Assembly (NCBI RefSeq): GCF_009914755.1
Contig: NC_060940.1
DNA length: 64,000 nucleotides
Reading direction: 5' to 3' (one strand)
From: the human T2T-CHM13v2.0 reference genome, Homo sapiens
Shown here: positions 1 through 13,340 of the stretch, in pieces
How positions within the stretch are numbered: position 1 is the stretch's first letter
Layout: the number at the start of each line of letters is the position of its first letter
Program-made: the position numbers and the translations under genes
Notes under the pieces: model-generated
Database searches by the model: none
What the model was told of the DNA's origin: nothing
What the model saw: the letters and a program-made list of their open reading frames with translations, nothing else

Positions 1-457
1 CATGGATAATTAACTCCTTCCAGAAACTGGTATCCAGGACTATGCCTCGGAGGGCGCCTACAGATAATGAGCCTACCATCAGGTCACAATTTTCTAAACA
101 CAGATGTGTAAAGATATAAGGAATTTCCTGTTTATCATCCTGTCTTTGCCTATACAAATTCCTTTTTAAATCTGCATGATTGTATCCCAAACCGGGTTAT
201 AAAGAATAGCAGATATTCTGGCAGAAAAGAATACTACGGCTTAATAAATTTGGGAAATACTGCATGCCTTGAATCACCAGATACAATGGCATATTAATGA
301 CTCTCCTATGTCCTGAACTGAAAAACTAGCAAACGAAACTGGTTTCACTCTGTTTCCCCCAGTGTTTCTTCAAATAGTTTGGCTATGAACTGCTTTCTTC
401 ACAGAACAGCTATCATCATCTTACCTTTGTGGAAGGCAGTTTGAGAATTGCTGTGTT

Positions 458-1027
458 ACGGTAGGCAGAATTCTAAAAATGCCCTTGTTTCCCCCAAGAT
501 TCTCCTCTTCTGTTGACTCAATTGAACATTAACACAAATGCTGCTGAGAGGGAATTTTGCAGATGCAAATAAAGCCCTAAGTAAATCGACTTTAAAATGT
601 GGAGAGTATCTGGGTGAACCTGACCCAATCAGGTGACCTCTTAATTGAAAAGGTGAGGATTTGATGTTCCTTCTGTGGCTTTGAAGGTGGAGGGAACCCC
701 ATGAGAAGGAATATGAGCAGCCTGGAGAGGCCGAGACCAACCCCAACCCCCAGCTGACAGTGACAAAATGTGGATGTCAGACCTGAAGCCACAAGGAACA
801 GGATTCTGTCAACAACTGTAAAAAATTGGAAGCAGAATATTTCCCAAATCCCCCAGATAAGAACCCAGTTGGCTGACACTTTGATGTTGGCCTTGTGAGA
901 CTCTGAGCAGAGTCCAGGTGAGACTGCCTGGACTTCTGACCTATAGAATCGTGGGATATTAAATGGATGTTGTTTTAAGCTGCTAAATTTGTGGTAATTC
1001 ATTTCGCAACAACAGAAAACTACTACA
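458..1027 (+). mobile_element. MLT1E-type ERVL-MaLR solo LTR
   Basis: Starts ...GGTAGGCAGAATTCTAA, contains TTTGCAGATG/GACTTTAAAAT and GACTTCTGACCTATAGAA, and ends TGTTTTAAGCTGCTAAATTTGTGGTAATT...AGAAAACTACTACA, all typical of MLT1D/E. Confidence 0.85.
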
Positions 1028-1124
1028 TACTGATTCAGAGAAATCAAAACAGAAGTGGTACACTCTTCTCTACCCTTTTACATTCACAAGGTGTTTCCAA
1101 TGTAACACTCATATATGGTGAGGG

Positions 1125-1225
1125 CAGTTGTCTCTCTTTTTACAGGTGATGATATAGACTCAGAGAGATTAAGTTACTTGCCCAGGACACTCATCCAGGA
1201 AATGGGGGAAGAGGACTTGAATGGG
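1125..1225 (-). mobile_element. MIR SINE fragment
   Basis: TTTTACAGGTGATG...ACTCAGAGAGATTAAGTTACTTGCCCAGG, the antisense MIR core. Confidence 0.65.
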
Positions 1226-1906
1226 CTTTTTTGTGTGTGAGTTAGGATGGGGTGGGGGCGTGTTTCCTTTACTGTCTTTTGCATTCAAATAGGAAAAGGC
1301 ATTTGGAGAGACTGCAATTGGGAGCTTGCAAAGGAGGATGAAAAAAAAAAAATTCAGGGAAGAACACATCAAGCAGCAAGTTCAACTGCTTCATCAGAGA
1401 GGTCCTTTCTTTCATCTCTTGTGTCTGAGCAGAAAAGCTGTTAGAAAAAGGACCTACAGCTGTGAGCCAGTGACAATGTGTGGGGGCAGGGTCTTATGAG
1501 GCCACCGGAAGTGGGCTGCTGGGATGCTTTATATGGACAACTAAGGGCGAAGACACGCAGGCCTGTAATATCAAGAGAAACAGTGTTTGCAGGCTGACCT
1601 CCCAGATGGGTGGTTTGCAGAGGTGGGGCTGCCTGCATAATTAATCAGCTCTAGCTTTCTTCGCCACAACTAGCATTCCTACCTGTACCCATAGCCCTTA
1701 AGGGGCCCCTCACTCAGTGTCATGGAGCAGCACAAGTCATCTGGGACCACTCCCCACTAACCCCCACGGACAGAAGTGGAGACTGAAGCCCAGAAAAGGA
1801 ACAGGACTTCCTCAAGGTCACAGTCAAGGATCCCCTAACATATGACAATTCTCTGTGGTGGTTAGTGATGGCTTCCTGATGAGCCAGTGTTCATTACTGA
1901 GCAAAT

Positions 1907-1941
1907 TGTGTGTGTGTGTGTGTATGTGTGTGTGTGTGTGT
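1907..1941. repeat. (TG)n microsatellite
   Basis: Read directly; one TA interruption. Confidence 0.95.
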
Positions 1942-2131
1942 TTTGTGTCCAGTATGAAAGTCAGAACTGTGAAGTGTTACTATTGTCCTAATAATAATAG
2001 AAGTCAATACCCATAGAATAGATACCCAGTGCTTGATGCTGTCTTGAAAGTGCTACGTTTTAACTCCATTCTCACAGCAAGCTCATGAGGTAGTCGGGAA
2101 ATCATTAGGGTTCTTAACAAATGTTTCTGTC

Positions 2132-2278
2132 CAGAAGTGGATCCAGGTTTTGCCGAGCTTAAAGCTTATCCAATTTGTGGGGACCTCTTGAAAGAAAGGA
2201 ATACCAACTTACAAATATAAATTAGGCACAGGGTCCCATGAAAGAGAAGAGCTTGGAAGCATTACAGTAAGTCTGTTA
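2132..2278 (+). mobile_element. hAT-Tip100 non-autonomous DNA element (MER45-like)
   Basis: GTGGATCCAGGTTTTG...AAGCTTATCCAATTTGTGGGGACCTCTTGAAAGAAAGGAATAC...AAATTAGGCACAGGG resembles the recalled consensus. Confidence 0.5.
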
Positions 2279-2289
2279 GTTGCAAGTTA

Positions 2290-2663
2290 ATGCTCCCTGC
2301 CCCTTGTGAAGTTAGGCAAGAGCATGTAACTTACTTTGGCCAATGGGATGTGAATGAAATTGATGTGTGCCACTTCTGGGTGGAAGTCTTAAGACTTAGT
2401 GAGTGATTCTCCACTTTGTTTCCTAACCCTGACTCCCATGGTCCCTGGATTGACCACGGAAAAGTGTGCCAAGATGGAACCTCCTTTGCCCTGGAACTCT
2501 GAGTCTATGATATCTAGAGCAACCTCTCTCTTAACCCTGCCCTGTGTCAACTGGCATGAGATATGGAGTGTAAGAAATAAACTTTCGTCATGGTAATTCA
2601 CTAAGATTTTGGAGATTTTTTTTTTTTTAACCACAGTGAACCTCGCTTAACCTAACTGATATA
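2290..2663 (+). mobile_element. MLT1H/I/J-type MaLR LTR
   Basis: TTACTTTGGCCAATGGGATGTGA...TGTGTGCCACTTCTGGG...AGAAATAAACTTT...CCTAACTGATATA. Confidence 0.75.
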
Positions 2664-2669
2664 GGCAGG

Positions 2670-2775
2670 GTCTTATTATTGTTTCCATTTTCCAGATGAG
2701 AAAATTGAGACATAGAGAGATTTAGTTACTTGCCTGAGATCACCCAGCTAGTTAATGGTAAAACTGGAATAAATG
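2670..2775 (-). mobile_element. MIR fragment
   Basis: CCATTTTCCAGATGAGAAAATTGAGACATAGAGAGATTTAGTTACTTGCCTGAGATCAC. Confidence 0.75.
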
Positions 2776-3311
2776 GCTCAGTGTCTTTGTTTCTAAGTGA
2801 CATTAGGGAATGGTGGGGACCAGCAAACTGAAGGTATTTGTTTCATCTGAAGACTGCTTCTGACTTCCTGCTGATGGTTGTAAAAGAGGAATGTAGGCCT
2901 TCTTTGCCAGATCCTCTGATTTTTTTTTTTAAGCAGAGGCCATAAATCCAGCATTTTAATGTAAAACCAACCGATAGAAATATTTTCTTTTTCTTTTTTT
3001 AAACACCATGAAGCTAAGACATCAGTAAGCTAGGCTTGGTTCATCAGTTTGAGACCTTACAACATTCAAGTTTTCATTAAAAACAAAACAAAGCACAAAA
3101 AATTCAAGCCAGTAACAGATATGTGCTAGTGACATAGCCATGGTAGTCTGAGAAGGCTTTGGTGGGGAGGTAGGACTGTGGTAAGATGTCCAGTGCCCAG
3201 AGAGTTTCCCTGAAGTAAGATGATAGGGGTCGGGGGTGTTCCCGGGCTGGGGATGGAAAGAGAATAGTCACACAGATTTTCAAGGACTCAGTCACATCAA
3301 AAATGTTTTGT

Positions 3312-3598
3312 GGCCAGGCACAGTGGCTCATACCTGTGGCACATTGGGAGGCTGAGGTGAGCAGATCACTTGAGCCCAGGGGTTCGAGACCAGCCTAGAC
3401 AACATGGTGAAACCCCTTCTCTATAAAAAAATTTTTAAAAATTAGCCAGGCATAGTGGTGGGAACCTGTAGTCCAGCTACTTGGGAGGCTGAGGTGAGAG
3501 GATTGCTTGAGCTGGGAGGTTGAGGCTGCAGTAAACTGTGAATGAGCCACTGAACTCCAGCCTGGTCAACAGAACAAGACCCTGTCTCAACAAAAAAT
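3312..3598 (+). mobile_element. AluJ, full length
   Basis: Dimeric Alu with J diagnostics (CACTTGAGCCCAGG, GAGGCTGCAGT); TSD AAAAATGTTTT on both sides. Confidence 0.92.
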
Positions 3599-5556
3599 GT
3601 TTTACTAGGGTCATCCAAATGCATGAGGCTGTCATACTCACACACAAATACTCCTCAAGGAAACACTAATAGTTTCACATGATGCATTTCTAGAAGCTTT
3701 CATATCACCATGCCCTGTGGGATTGAGCAGGATCTAGCTGAATGTCATTGAGCCAAAGAGAGAAGAGGCTGTAACTGAACAAGACTTCCTGAAAACAGGA
3801 GATCTCCCTGGATCCAAAGAAAGCAATTCCCTGATAACTCCCTGAAGAGGCCCAGGTATTTCCATCTGCCTCATCTCTTCAGCTGTCTTGTGGGGCTCAG
3901 CTCATTCTTGGGGAGTGGAGACAGTAAACAGTAAAGGTTACGTCTAAGAGTCCCTAACATGAAGACTGAAAAGGAAAGTCAAGGTGAGATGAGACCAGTG
4001 AACGTTCAGCACACCTGACCTCATGCATTAACCCAGAGGTTCTCAAAGCCATCAAAGGGGACTTGAAATGTCATAAGAATAAATGAACCATTTGTGGAAA
4101 TAGAATCTTGTGGGCAAAAACATTTGGAAAACACATTATGCAATGAAACAAGGTCCTTTGCTGCAGAACTTCTCAGAACCTTTAAAAAGCCACACGCGCT
4201 GCATGTGTCTCTAAGAGGGCAACCCTGCTTTGTTGTGGAATCCCTCTCTCTACCTTTTGTTTTTTTTTGTAGAAGCTTTTGGGAAAGAATGTGATAGAGA
4301 ACATTATTTGAGACGTGCTGTCTACTTTCCTTTGGGGGTTCTCACCTCTGAATATCTTGGTCACTTCCTCTCCAGGTTTCTTTTAGAATTGCAGTTTTCT
4401 CTTTTCAGAAAAGGAGCCATTTCTATTTATTCATTAGTTTTCAAAGTGGCCAGTGGAGATCAGAGAGGTTATTGCATGCCTGGCACTGTACCCCACAAGT
4501 CCTTGAGCTCTCTAGGCTGGGCACAAGCATCTACCTTTTCTTCAACTCAGTAGTGACTTCAACAGTTGGAATTTCCAGCTCAAAGGAGGTTCTTTAAGGC
4601 AAAGAGACAATGACACTTGGGAGGTAGCAGCCTCAAGGAAACACTCTCTCTGCCTAGGGACACGTACTTGGGAGGAGGAAAAGGAAGAGGAGGAGGAGAG
4701 AGAAGCCCCTGAGTGGTTGACCAAAAGGGGCCCCTTTTATGGCCTTCCTGTTTATGGCTGAGAAGTAAACAGCTCGGGAGCCAGGTTGTCTCCTTCCACA
4801 GCTGGGGCACTGGTTCAAGCTGGCCGGGGACCCTCTCTTTCTGGGTGGCAATGGGCGGAGAATCTGCCAGTCATGCTCATCTCAGAATGCATTTTTAAAA
4901 AGTCAGCATCTTGGGCATTTTTCCTTCACCCCGTGCCATCTGCTTGACCCACACCTCAGTGGCCTTGCTTCTTTCAGGAGACAGTTGGAAATGTGTGTGT
5001 GCAAGCTTGGGGGCCAGATCCCAGCTGCAGCACGAAGCAGCTGTGTGACTTCCGGGGAGCCCTGTACCTCCCTTAGTCTCATTTAGAGTGATGAGTAGTA
5101 GCCCCTTCCCCCAGGGATTTGGGAGGATGTGCAGACTGTGCCTGTGAACTTGCCTGGCATGTGGTAAGTGACAATACATGTTTACTGCTATGACTATTAT
5201 TTCAGTTGCCCACTGGGCTCAGCCTCAGCTTCCACGGGGTGGAGAGCTGGGGTTCTGGTTGGGGGCAGGGGCTCAGGCTTACCTCCCAGAGGGACTCCAG
5301 GGGCCTTGGTCCAGGCAGCAGCTCTCTCCGGATTAGCGCTGGGAGTGCTTTGCCTCCTGAGAAACGCAGGCTGTGATGGAGCTGGGAAGGTGCCCCAGCT
5401 AACATGAGGAAGACGATGCCGGGGGCAGCTAACACCAGGAGAATCAATAAACTATAATTATCAAGAATTGTGTCTGTGTGGGGTGGGGAGTCATGGGGAC
5501 AGAGGGAAACAGAGGAGGGGGTGGGACAATGCCAGAGAGAAGAAACAGTGAGAACA

Positions 5557-5576
5557 ACACACACACACACACACAC
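5557..5576. repeat. (CA)n microsatellite
   Basis: Read directly. Confidence 0.9.
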
Positions 5577-5962
5577 TGAACAGATGCAGAAAAAGTGTGC
5601 AAGCATGAAAAGAGAACAGAAGTGTGTGCTGTGCTCAGCCCTCCTGTCCTGTCCCCTCAGGGTAGGTCTGCCTTTCTGGACAAGACAGAGGGAGTAAGAG
5701 CCAGACCTCTATTAGCTCTTTACATTCCCCAAGTCCTTGCCCACATCAGTCCTTTAACTCTTGGATGCAAGGAATAAATGTTCTCATGTCTGCTTACAAT
5801 GTCTAATATATTAACTTAGTTATGTTCAGAAATTAGAACGATATCTACTTTTTATATTGAGTGTAGTCTGTTGGGCTAGAAATAGTATTTCAACATTACC
5901 AGTGCCTTCATCATCCCTGGATTGAAAGCTACTTTTCAGGCCCACTGCTCCTTCAGGGTTTC

Positions 5963-6288
5963 TTTTTTTTTTATTTTTAAAATATGTTTTTTAGAGATAG
6001 GGTCTCACTCTGTCACCCAGGCTGGAGTGCAATGGCACGATCACGGCTCACTGCAACCTGGAACCCCCAGGGAATAAGGGATCCCCCTGCTTTGATGAGT
6101 GAGTAGCTGGGATTACAGGCACACACCACCAGGTCTGGCTATTTTCTTTCTTTATTTTAAAAAAAATTTTAGAGATAGGATCCCAATATGTTGCCCAGTC
6201 TGGTTTCAAACTCCTGGGCTCAAGAGATCTTCCCACCTTGGCCTCCCTCCCAAAGCACAGCGATTACAGGGGTGAGCCACGGTGCCCC
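5963..6288 (-). mobile_element. AluJ, diverged
   Basis: Poly-T, then GAGATAGGGTCTCACTCTGTCACCCAGGCTGGAGTGCA...CTCCTGGGCTCAAG...GTGAGCCAC. Confidence 0.9.
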
Positions 6289-6409
6289 ATGCTCCTGTGG
6301 TTTTGGATAGAGTACTCTTGGAACCCGTTATGAGGCTGTCACCTGGACGTAAAGGCCAAGCCCCACAAACCCACTGGCTATTCATGAGCTCTATCAAGTT
6401 ACCACTTAC

Positions 6410-6510
6410 TGTTTTTTTCTAAAAAAGACTTGACTTTTGAGAGCAGTTTTAGGTTCACAGCAAAATTGAGAGGAAGGTACAGAGATTTTCCAGACATAAC
6501 CTGGCCTCCC
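6410..6510 (-). mobile_element. L1MA/MB 3'-end fragment
   Basis: GAGCAGTTTTAGGTTCACAGCAAAATTGAGAGGAAGGTACAGAGATTTTCC. Confidence 0.75.
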
Positions 6511-6888
6511 ATATAACCTTATTGCTTTCAAAAGCCATCTTTTAAAATTTTCTTTTCTCTGATCCTCCAACACTTGCCATTTTGAGGTCTCACCCCTAGA
6601 AGGGATTATTACATCTGGTGCTTGTTTTATTGGCTTTCCTTCCCCCTGATTTGATCTGGGAGACTTCACAAGCACAGGAACAGGCATTGATGGAGGTCGT
6701 TGAACATGGGTGGGGTTGACTTTTCTCCTGAAGGTATCAAAGAGACCATCAGAGGAGGAAGGCTTTTGTGACACTCAGATATGGTGAGTCCCTGTTTTTG
6801 AAGGGTAGTGTTTTGGAAAATGAGCATATATGCAAACAAACTTGTGTTACCTTTGGGCTTTATTGTGTGCCGGGTCACTAGCCACTAG

Positions 6889-6890
<2 letters not shown>

Positions 6891-6943
<53 letters not shown>
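6891..6943. repeat. (TG)~26 perfect microsatellite
   Basis: Uninterrupted TG run; long enough to be polymorphic and to have Z-DNA potential. Confidence 0.97.
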
Positions 6944-6945
<2 letters not shown>

Positions 6946-8175
6946 AATCAGCATTATCTCAGTTAGGCAGTCTAATCTCAGTAGTATTCACAGGAAGGAT
7001 TTCTACCTCCTTCGTAGTATAGAGCTGCTGGCCAGGAGGTGTCCCTCCCTGTCACAGTCACAGAACTTGCAGGTGGCTGAGCCTCCCAGGTGCCCAGGTA
7101 GTCCATCAGCACTGCCTTTCCCCTGTGAGGAAACTGAGGCCCTGGCAGTATAACTCTCAAGGCATCCCAGGCTCACTATAGCAATGACCAGCCTAGGTTA
7201 GATCAGGTCCCCTGACTCTCAGCCTCTCTGATAGCCCATGGGGAGAAGTTGGTGAGGACAAGATGAGACAATGTATCCTGCCTGGGAGGGGTTCTCCTGG
7301 GGCAGCTTTCTCACACATGCCCTTTGCCTCCTGCCCTCTGCCTTGAAGTATGCACACTCTCCTTGTCTAGCCCTGGGTGGCACACTTTACAAGGAGCCTA
7401 GCCTCCTGGCCCTTGGCTGGGGAATCACATAGCTTCCCATGTTCCTGGGAGGCCCAGGGTGGGAGACAGAGGCCAGGTCCTAGTACTGGACCAGCCAGGA
7501 CTTCTCTGTCTGTGCCTGCTACCCCACATCCTATCTATCTGCCTCCTTTCTCCTGCCAGCGACAACCACAAAGCTCCCTCTTGCCTGGAAAAATCTCCCT
7601 CTTGCCGGGAAGCAGAAAGAAGATTCTTCGGTGTGCCCACTCAGCTGGGTCAGTGACGTCCCCTCGGTGAGAAAGTTCTTCCTGGGTTTGGGCACAGTTT
7701 GCTCTGCCCACAGGTGGGCAGATGCTCCTAAGCCCTTCACCTTGTGCTGGACAGCGGGCAGGCTCCACTGCACAGGGCGGGGTTTGGGTTTCTTTCTCAT
7801 CACTGAGCCCAGCCTCCATTTTTTTTTTTTTTTTTTTTAAGGAGGATGTGATTTCTACTTTGTTTCTCTTTTTTTGTTACTTCAAATTGACATCCTGACC
7901 TTGGGCAGAGTATAGCAGGGAGCTTCCTTTTATTCTTATCTTTTTGTTTTGTGTTTTTGTTGTAAACTGTCTAAAACTGTTGGAGAGTTTAATTTGGAAA
8001 CAATGAAGCCAGATACCACAACACAAGTTTACCCTCAAGACTCTGAGCTCTTAAAATGCGTAAGAAGGTCAGTTTTCTCCCCCTTTCTAAACTCATTGCA
8101 AATTTATGTTTAGTAACTTTTTTTCCTAGTTTGATAAGATATCATTAGAGAAAGGATGGTTCAAAAAAGAAGTGG

Positions 8176-8295
8176 TCTGAGATGGGAGGATCGCTTGAGC
8201 CCAGGAATTGGAGGCTGCAGTGAGCTATGATAGCGCCACTGCACACCAGCCTGGATGACAGAATGAGATATCGTCTCTTAAAAAAGAAAAAAGAA
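8176..8295 (+). mobile_element. Alu right monomer (FRAM/AluJ fragment)
   Basis: GGGAGGATCGCTTGAGCCCAGGA...GCAGTGAGCTATGATAGCGCCACTGCAC, followed by an A-rich tail. Confidence 0.85.
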
Positions 8296-9182
8296 GAAGT
8301 GGCATGTGCTTTTTCCACTTTGATTAAAAGAAAAAGTATGGAATGGTGTCTGCTAAGAAGCATGCTTCCTGCTTGGCCAATGCTGCCGGTTATTTTTATT
8401 TGCAAGTGTCAGAGCTGGGTTTCTCTACTTTCTTCCATTTCAGACCTACTTCATGCTCATTCTTATATGGCATTCAAAAATACAAATGTGAAACTTTATA
8501 AAAGACTCGAAGGTGTGTTTCATTTTAATCAGTTTTTCTTGAAATTGAAGGGAAATTTAGTCGCGTTAAGTGGAATAAATTTTTCTTGCACATTCAGCCT
8601 GTTGGTGTCTATTTTACTTGGGAGAAAGGGCTATCTGCATAGCCCCCAACAGGGGAATCATTTTCATTAGACATTTTCTTACTTGCTTTAGATTAAAGGG
8701 GAGAAGTCTCGAAGCTCTAGAGGAATAAAAATGTAGGTGGGGTGGGTGGGGGAGCAGGGAGAAACGATGCAAGTAATTACCTCAATGTTTTTTTCCAACC
8801 TAGATTTTCCCCTCTTCTTTTGTAGGCCCACACCAGGCATATTGGACCTTGCCCATCTACACCTCAGCCCCACAGAGCAAGGTCAGACGCCCACTGGTTT
8901 GGACTCCCATAGGTGGATGGGGTGGTGGTGTTGAGGCGGAAAGGAATTAGGGAGAAGAGCAGAGCAGTTTCCATAAGCAGAATTTGGGGCTGAGCTTAAG
9001 CCACCGCAGCAAGGGGAAGATGAGCCTGGTGGTTCCAGACATGTTTTTTTCCCGAATACTGAGTTAAAACTTTCTATATCAGTGAAATCTAACACTCTGG
9101 ACACCTTATTAAATTGTTGTGTAAAACTATGGCGATGGGTTCTGTGAATTAAAAAAAAAAATTAAAGTACTTGTTTTCTTAA

Positions 9183-9552
<370 letters not shown>

Positions 9553-10029
9553 TGATGTAAGCCTTTAGTGGGGCCAGGCAGGAAAGACATAGAAGAAGAC
9601 ATACTGTAGCTACTGCCAAAAGTTATTTTGCAAACTGTGGTTTTCTGATTGAATTGCTTATTTTTTTCCCACCTCTTTTTACTACGTTACTCTCTTTTCC
9701 ATATTGAAATATGCATATTAGAACAACTTTGCTTTCTATTTGGTACTTTTTCTCCTACCTCAAGAGTTTGAATCTCTGCTTAAATGCTCAGAAATGGACA
9801 TTTTTGCACCCATGTGGCCATGCTCATGCACTTCTTGCTGGGCGATCCTGTAGTCACTGTTCTTTTGTGACTTCCCTGAAAGACCCCACTGTGGTTTGTC
9901 CCCTCAAGGTTGCATCCGGGTGGCCCTGACACAAGCTAAAGATTTCAGGCTCGTTCCAAGTTCCAAAAATGTCTCCATCTCAAGGCACCCTGGGTTTCTC
10001 ACTGTCCTCTTTATTAACATGGACAAAAC

Positions 10030-10260
10030 GCCCTGCTTTGTGGGCTGATTTATGGTTGCATTAGGGAAAACTCCACGGAGGGTATAAAATACAGTGTCCC
10101 ACGAAAGGGCCTAATCTTACATGTTATCAGTGATTGCAAGTGCATTTTATAACACTGGTGCCAAATCGAAATCAAGGTGATTTGCGCATCAATCTCCCGG
10201 ATAAAATCAGGGCACGCTCTATTGCAGTTTGACCTTCGTGGTGCCTTTGGCTGGTCCAAC
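10030..10260. promoter_or_regulatory. Candidate developmental enhancer (PBX-HOX, NFI, nuclear-receptor half-site)
   Basis: Repeat-free sequence with TGATTTATGG at 10046-10055, TTTTATAAC, TGCCAA, ATAAAATCA and TGACCTT. Motif inference only. Confidence 0.4.
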
Positions 10261-10608
10261 TTGTTTAAGTCCCTGGGACAATTACCCAGGGATAGTTGGA
10301 AAATGCAGTGATACTGGCCAGAGCTGGATTACCAGCTGTGTCAGAAGGCTTAACCGTTCATGCCAGAGACTCCTGAGAACCAGAGGAACAACCCCCAGAG
10401 GAGGCTCTGATGGCTTCTAAGAAGCGCTGGTGCTGCGGGCAGAGAAAGGGGAGAACCTAGGGGCCATTTTCATGTGTGTTTAGATGTACCCCGAACTCTA
10501 TAGCAAATCTAAGAAGCAAAACTTTCAGTTTTACAACAAGCTGGCAGATAACTGGGTCTCAAAAAGCCTGTGTGGGCTTTCCCTGCCTTATTTATCATTC
10601 CAAGAGCT

Positions 10609-10812
10609 CAACTAACTGTGGGTCAGGGAAGTATTTAAGCTTCTAAAACAAATAATAGAGCAAGGATGAGAATGAAGTCAGTGGGAGATGTTTTATTTCT
10701 ACCACCACCAACTAACTGTGGGTCAGGGAGATACTTAAGTTTCTAAAACAAATAGTAGAGCAAGGATAAGAATGGAGTCAGTGGGAGCCATTTCATTCCT
10801 TCTACCACCAAC
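10609..10812. repeat. Tandem duplication, 2 x ~100 bp
   Basis: CAACTAACTGTGGGTCAGGGA...TTCTAAAACAAATA(A/G)TAGAGCAAGGAT...GTCAGTGGGAG begins at both 10609 and 10709. Confidence 0.95.
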
Positions 10813-12814
10813 AGTTGGTTCCCCTTATTGATTTTCATAGAAGAAGATCAGAGACTTCCTGAAAAATCTGATAGATTCCCTTGGTAAAGCTCAAATCATA
10901 ACCCCAAATTTTGATTGATGCCCTCACAAGAGCCTAGGAGGGCTAAAGATATTTTGAGGAGATTCATGGAAATTGTAGATTTTTAGAACCTAAAGGCTCT
11001 TTAGTGATGGTCAGAGGGTATATTTAGGATAAATATTTTTAAATCAGGGTTTTATGCCTATAATCTGAGTTTCTCAACTTATATTTAGCCCAGACTTCTT
11101 TTTAAAGTAATTCCATCTCTTTTGAATCTGGACCTTTTCATAGCCCAAAGGGGGAACCTTAGATGGCTCTTCAAATGGTGAATGCTGTTTTAGAAAAACC
11201 CTTTGAGATATGCTAATGGATATGGGATGATTATTAAGATAAATACCTTGTGTTGGAAACTATAGTTAATTATAATATATATAATTAGTCACTGGTCAGG
11301 CTAGAAGTTATAATTTATTGCTCCTTAATTTGCATTTATTATCAAAGATATTTAATTTAAAGGAATTATAAAAAATAGCCTGATTTGAGTGGTTATGGAG
11401 ATGGTGGGCATTTAGCAAACTTCAAAACTCTCCTTTCAAATTTTTCTAAACCCATCATATACAATTTCAGGAAATAACACACCAACAAGAGGAGATGACT
11501 TATGCTTGTTGATTAAAAAATGAGAAAGCCATTTCTGTAAGAAGAAATGATGTAATTTTCTCTTCCAGACCCTCATTTTTGGAACAGTAGGTAAACTTTT
11601 ATTGTAAGAGGGTCCAAGTTCAAGTAATAGAATTATGAAGCTTTTGTGATGAAGTTGGTGATGAAGTTCTTTTGTGTCTTTTCATGGGGGAAAACAATAA
11701 AATAAAATATTAGATTCTTTTCCTTTTAGATAATAATTTCTCTTCGACAGTGAAAAAGAAGCCCCTTTCAGTGAAAAAGTCGTTAGTCACAGATACAGCT
11801 TTTGTATAAAAGGAGATCCTGGTTTTTTTTATATAAAGCTCCACTGCTTTCAAACATGGTTCCTGCACTCTCTTTTATGATTCTTGCTCTGTCACAGCCC
11901 TGGGTCCCTTCAGCCACACAAGAATGACTTTCTTGCATCCTTGTGTCTCTGAATTAATGTCTGCTAAAGAGGAGCACTTTGGTGCTGTGTGAGAAGCAGC
12001 CTTGGTCGTCTTGCCTCCTACGAATCCTCTTTTTAATAAATGCAGCCACTGTTTGACCTGCAGTGATCTGCAATATATCCGCAGGGGAAGCAGCACCACC
12101 AGAACGTCAGAATCTTCCTTCTTGAGTTGAAGGGATCATCTTAGGGATGTCTTCATCTAAAATGTCTTAGGGAGACATCTGTGAGAATGCACTGTTGAAA
12201 TTTCTGTGTCTTCAGATCAAGGTCATCCTGGAGCCATTTTAGCATTATTTTAGAACTCACTGAATATAGAGATCAGATTGTCACTCTCTCCATTCCCATT
12301 TCTTCCAGGATCGGAAATGGGGGTATTAGGTGTTACAGTTTTGTTAAGAAAGACGGAAGGATACTCAGATTGGGTGGGGCTTGAACTGTGCTTCCTTCAG
12401 AGAGAAGCTCTGTTCTCTTATTGAATGAGAAGTTGGGGGGTGAAGATGGGGAGAACCTTTGAGAACAAGACCTCAAACCTCCCTCGTGAGTGGGTCCTAG
12501 TGTGCTCCCGTTGAGTGACGGACAAAGCCGAGTCCTGAGAACATGAAGCCCATGGGACACCTCCTGGTTATTCTGCAGATGGCTCCTTGGCTTCTCCTCC
12601 TCTCAGAAGCCCTGTGTCCTTCAGTGTACCAGCAGTGGCATGCATGCAATAAGAGGGTGCATTGATTGTGGAATATTTAAGGTCAGAATACCATCTAAAA
12701 GTGTCTTCTGTTTTATTTTCACCATAAGCTAGCAGTTCCAATGTCAGCACTCAGGTACTCGTTTGCTGGTACAGAGGATGCTTCAGTCATGCACACTTGA
12801 GCTGTGTATGGGGG

Positions 12815-13174
12815 CTAACACTGGGACCTGGTCCAGATCCCCTTTGCTGGGTCAGGAGTTAGAACACCTACTCTTTGGCTGCTGAGTGTTGGCTGCCAAT
12901 GGCTCAGAGCTATCATCTTCTTGGCAGAGTTAGACTCATCCTTACCCGAGCAGCCCACAGCCAGTGAATGGCTGATCCTGTCCCTAAGGAGCAACTTACC
13001 TCTCAGAGGCCCCACCTCCCTCAGGCTAAGCTTAACATCACTCAAGACCACAGCCATGCTCAGCTTCTTCCCCATCTCTCCCCTGCTTCTTTCCCTCCCT
13101 GGATCACACCTCAACAATTTCTGTGCATTCAGAGTTCTGTGTCAAGCCGTGCTTCTACAGAACCTTCTTTAACA
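12815..13174 (+). mobile_element. LTR16-like ERVL solo LTR
   Basis: GGCTGCTGAGTGTTGGCTGCCAATGGCTCAGAGCT...CAGCCCACAGCCAGTGAATGGCTGA, with a 3' end TGCTTCTACAGAACC. Confidence 0.65.
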
Positions 13175-13306
13175 TGGCTAAAGTAGTATTCAGAGAACAA
13201 TTTATAGCCTTAAATAGGTTTATCAAAACCTAAGACTGAAAATACATGAACCAAACATTCAACTCAAGAAGTTAGGAAAAAAATAATACCACCAATTGCA
13301 ACTACA

Positions 13307-13340
<34 letters not shown>

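Noticed and set aside
10609-10812. Direct repeats considered as a CRISPR-like array
   Set aside because: There are only two adjacent copies, no unique spacers and no cas genes, and the context is eukaryotic.
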